DNA of 10,252 nucleotides. Source: Candidatus Muiribacteriota bacterium (GTDB taxonomy: Bacteria > Muiribacteriota > Muiribacteriia > Muiribacteriales > Muiribacteriaceae). The notes below the pieces were generated by a model that was given only the letters and a program-made list of their open reading frames with translations, had not been told where the DNA came from and searched no databases. Both the position numbers and the translations under genes were made by a program. Location of the stretch: the NCBI GenBank assembly GCA_051747805.1, contig JBNJGP010000087.1:1-10252 (forward strand), in the 5' to 3' direction. Within the stretch, counting starts at the first letter, position 1; each line of letters begins with the position of its first letter. This document shows, one piece after another, positions 7,214-10,252 of the stretch.

Positions 7214-7420
7214 ATGCATTTAAAAGACACTTTTATTGAAAACTGGGATATATTTGAAAATTTTATTAGAGCAAATGGGGCTGATGAAGAAAAAGCTCTC
7301 AAAATAATGAGCTCTATTTTTAATTATTTAAAAGTATATTCATTTTCTAATGGTTTAGAGAAAAAAAATAATCAAAAAATTATTTTTTCGCTTATTAAAA
7401 CAAATTTGCTGAATAATTAA
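7214..7420 (+). CDS. Small hypothetical protein (68 aa)
   Basis: The ORF has a G-rich SD (GGGGG 7203-7207) and a helical-looking sequence; no family recognised. Confidence 0.6.
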   Translation: MHLKDTFIENWDIFENFIRANGADEEKALKIMSSIFNYLKVYSFSNGLEKKNNQKIIFSLIKTNLLNN

Positions 7421-7495
7421 AAACAAGACTATTTGTATCATCAGGCTTCCTATGGAATAAAAGGATTTTTTTAAAAAAGTAAGGGGAGAATATAG

Positions 7496-7771
7496 ATGAA
7501 AAATGTTTTATTATATGATAGTAATACAGAAAATAGAAAAAAAATTAAGAAACTAATTAACTCATCAGATCAATTTTATATCGGTGCAGACGCTGCAAAC
7601 ATTTTTGATTTTGAGGCTGTATATAAAGAGTTTAATTTTGATTATGTTTTTATAATTGGAAAAAATAATAAATTAATGGATAAGTACTGTAATCATTCAA
7701 ATATTTACTTTTTTAATATTGATAATTGTCAAAAAAAAATTTTAACTTTTATTAAGAATTTCAAAACTTAA
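7496..7771 (+). CDS. Small degenerate receiver-like (CheY-fold) protein
   Basis: SD AAGGGGAG. The N-terminal pattern MKNVLLYDSN..RKKIKKLI..FYIGADAAN..FDYVFII parallels beta1-alpha1-beta2-alpha2-beta3 of REC domains but lacks the phosphoacceptor Asp. Confidence 0.65.
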   Translation: MKNVLLYDSNTENRKKIKKLINSSDQFYIGADAANIFDFEAVYKEFNFDYVFIIGKNNKLMDKYCNHSNIYFFNIDNCQKKILTFIKNFKT

Positions 7772-7890
7772 CGTTATTAACGTGTTTTCTAACCAATTCC
7801 CCGATGACCGGTTTTACCGGAAGACACTTTACAGGAGCGACTTTTATCCATGCCGGTTTGAAAAATTTATTCTTTTTTAAAAAAAAGTAC

Positions 7891-7919
7891 TTAAAATTTT
7901 CGGAAAAATAGTTTATACT
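7891..7919 (+). promoter_or_regulatory. Candidate sigma70 promoter of the C25 peptidase gene
   Basis: TTAAAA (7891-7896), a 17-bp spacer and TATACT (7914-7919), preceded by an A/T tract (UP-like); SD GGGAGG before ATG 7964. Confidence 0.45.
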
Positions 7920-7963
7920 GTTAATCAGTAATTAAAAATCTTTAAAGGGAGGAAGTAGGAAGT

Positions 7964-10015
7964 ATGAAAAAACTTACCTTAATTCTGATTTTTGCTTTCC
8001 TATTTACAGTAGTATCACCAGCTGCAGAATGGATTGCATTTTCAAGAGACAATGAAAAAAGTGCTTCAGCAGAACTTGCTGTTAGCAGATCAAATGAAAT
8101 GGTGATTGATATTGAAGTTCCTGGTGTATGGCTTGAGGATGTTGAAATTGATGGAGAAACTCACAAAAAAATCCATCTTGACAACTCATCTTTAACATTA
8201 CAAAAAGGACAACCTGAACTTAGAAAGGTTACTGGTTTACTTGCAGTTCCTTTTGATGGTAGAGTAGATATTCAAGTTACTGATGTTCAATATGAAATTA
8301 TTGAAGACGTGAATATTGTTCCATCTAAAGGTTCTTTAGACAGAAATGTTAACCCTGAAGAAGTTCCTTATGAATTTGGTCCTGTTTATGACAGAGACGA
8401 GTGGTTCCCAGCAATTGAAACAATTGCTAATGTATCCGAACCATTTGTTATGAGAGATGTTTCAGGTGTTAGATATGAAGTAGTTCCTTTCCAGTATAAT
8501 CCAGCTCAGGAATCTTTGAAAGTTATAACTGACATTACTGTTGCTGTTTCCGCTTCTGGTTCCAGAAGTAGTAACCCAAGAGTAAGTGCTCACGTTTCAA
8601 GTGATTTTGAAGGATTATATGAAGATTTATTCATGAACTATACATCACCTTTTGCTGACAGAAGAAGTGATGCTGAAGTTCCATCAATGGGTAAAAACCT
8701 TCATATTGTGACTCATTCAAGTCTTTATGATGCTGTTTTACCATTAGCTGAATGGAAAACAAAAACTGGTTATGATGTTGAAATAGTTACTTATGAAGAT
8801 GTTGCAAATGATGCAAACTCTTTAAAAGACTATTTTCAATCTGAATTTGACCAGGGTAATCTTACATTTGTTACTTTAGTTGGCGATCAAGATCATATTC
8901 CACTACTTCGTGGAACAAATGAAGGCGCACATTCTGATCAAGATTATGTTAGATTAACTGGTGATAATTTCCCAGATGCATTTATTTCAAGATTTTCAGC
9001 AAGAAATCTTGAAGAAGCAAATGCAATGATTCAAAAAACTATCAGATATGAAAGAGAACCTGAAACTGGTGCTGAATGGTATAAATCAGCTCTTGCAATT
9101 GCATCAAACGAAGGTTCACCAGCTGACTATGAATATGCTAGAGACCTTAATATTGCATTAAGCGAATATCTTGACTATAACAGATTTTTTGAAGCATTTG
9201 CTCCAAAATCCTCCGGCGGAGGATGGACTTGGAAATCAATTGAACCAACATTCGGTGAATTCGCTGAAGGTTATGATTTCCCAAGTTATGATGACAATGC
9301 TGCTAATAAAGGTGTTGTAAGTGAAGCTCTTAATACTGGTGTTAACATTGTTAACTATATTGGTCATGGTTCAAATACATCATGGGGAACTACTGGATTT
9401 AACAATTCTGATGTTCATAATCTTGACAATGGTATGATGCTTCCAGTTATATGGTCTGTTGCTTGTGTTAATGGTAACATTCAGTTAGACGAATGTTATG
9501 CAGAAGCATGGCAGAGAGCTGGTGACGAGTTTGGTGGTGGTTCACTTGGAATGATTGCTGCTACTACTAATATGTCATGGGTACCACCTCTTGTATGGCA
9601 GAAAGAAATTAATGTTGAACAAATGTCACAACAAGGTAGAAGAATCGGTGCTGTTTTAAACCTTTATGGTATGGCTAAAACTGTAGAAGAATATGGTATG
9701 GCTAATAATGAAGAAGGTAACAGACTGATTGAACAAGTTATCTACTTTGGTGAAGGTTCAACACCTATCAGAACTGAAGCTCCAAGAGCTGTTGAAGCTG
9801 AAGCTGTTGTTGTAGGTAATGAAATTGTTGTAAGCGTTGAGGGTGAAAGAGCTTCTAACCTTACAGTTTCTGCTTATGATGCAAACTTAGAAAGAAATGT
9901 TACTGGTGTTACACAAAGAGATGGTTATGCTAAACTTCCATATCACGGACAAACACATGTAACTGTTTACAACGAAGATATAGTTCCAGTTGTTGACCTT
10001 GAAATTCAAAAATAA
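7964..10015 (+). CDS. Secreted C25-family (gingipain R-like) cysteine peptidase with signal peptide and C25 propeptide
   Basis: A signal peptide is followed by propeptide motifs G.PELRK, PSKGSLDRN and EPFVMRD..PFQYNP. The catalytic domain has EWKTKTGY, LVGD, SDQDY..GDNFPD.FISRFS, NYIGHGS (His468) and VACVNG (Cys501). The 33-residue His-Cys spacing matches RgpB. Confidence 0.95.
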   Translation: MKKLTLILIFAFLFTVVSPAAEWIAFSRDNEKSASAELAVSRSNEMVIDIEVPGVWLEDVEIDGETHKKIHLDNSSLTLQKGQPELRKVTGLLAVPFDGRVDIQVTDVQYEIIEDVNIVPSKGSLDRNVNPEEVPYEFGPVYDRDEWFPAIETIANVSEPFVMRDVSGVRYEVVPFQYNPAQESLKVITDITVAVSASGSRSSNPRVSAHVSSDFEGLYEDLFMNYTSPFADRRSDAEVPSMGKNLHIVTHSSLYDAVLPLAEWKTKTGYDVEIVTYEDVANDANSLKDYFQSEFDQGNLTFVTLVGDQDHIPLLRGTNEGAHSDQDYVRLTGDNFPDAFISRFSARNLEEANAMIQKTIRYEREPETGAEWYKSALAIASNEGSPADYEYARDLNIALSEYLDYNRFFEAFAPKSSGGGWTWKSIEPTFGEFAEGYDFPSYDDNAANKGVVSEALNTGVNIVNYIGHGSNTSWGTTGFNNSDVHNLDNGMMLPVIWSVACVNGNIQLDECYAEAWQRAGDEFGGGSLGMIAATTNMSWVPPLVWQKEINVEQMSQQGRRIGAVLNLYGMAKTVEEYGMANNEEGNRLIEQVIYFGEGSTPIRTEAPRAVEAEAVVVGNEIVVSVEGERASNLTVSAYDANLERNVTGVTQRDGYAKLPYHGQTHVTVYNEDIVPVVDLEIQK

Positions 10016-10046
10016 CTTTTAGTTATTGAGTTTCATTATATACAAA

Positions 10047-10077
10047 GGGGCCTGCATTTGCAGGCTCCTTTTTTTTT
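10047..10077 (+). terminator. Rho-independent terminator
   Basis: A GGGGCCTGCA-TT-TGCAGGCTCC stem followed by T9, about 30 nt after the peptidase stop. Confidence 0.92.
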
Positions 10078-10252
10078 GGTAATAATAAAATTTATTAGAG
10101 CCTTTATTATTTCTGAAGCAAAAAGTTATTAATTTTTTTTTAAATTAAGTTAGTTGAGTTTAGCAAAAAATAGAAATTTTAACCTGTAGACAATTATAAA
10201 ACCGTAAAGTTGGCTTAAACCAACAGTAAACGACCGAAGGTCGAGTGAAGTC

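Noticed and set aside
7801..7825. Hammerhead-like CCGATGA-stem-GAAG
   Set aside because: The core deviates from CUGANGA/GAAA, the stem II register is incompatible, and no stems I/III with a cleavage triplet were found.
7950..7963. AGGAAGT tandem duplication before the protease ATG
   Set aside because: Only two 7-nt copies in the RBS spacer; no evidence of function.

Overview
AT-rich bacterial DNA, probably from an anaerobe; the taxon cannot be determined from this window. It opens with the terminal 60 bp of an IS21-like (or Tn7-like) mobile element that has cut the 5' end off a CGGC-domain gene. Next come a cupin gene and an orphan 7-codon gene stub. A clear fluoride (crcB-motif) riboswitch follows, with an SD-sequestering platform. 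It sits in front of an NHA2/SLC9B-like cation:proton antiporter rather than a Fluc or CLC-F exporter. After a mosaic ORF carrying a uridine-kinase-like fragment, four genes lie on the - strand: an exported cyclophilin, an iron-containing (Bdh/YqhD-like) alcohol dehydrogenase, a membrane PAS/HisKA_3 kinase and a NarL-type regulator. Divergent from these are two small ORFs (one a pseudo-receiver) behind tandem palindromic boxes. The last gene encodes a secreted Arg-gingipain-like C25 protease with no T9SS C-terminal domain and ends at a strong terminator. The window ends in a hairpin-rich stretch that may be another mobile or structured element.
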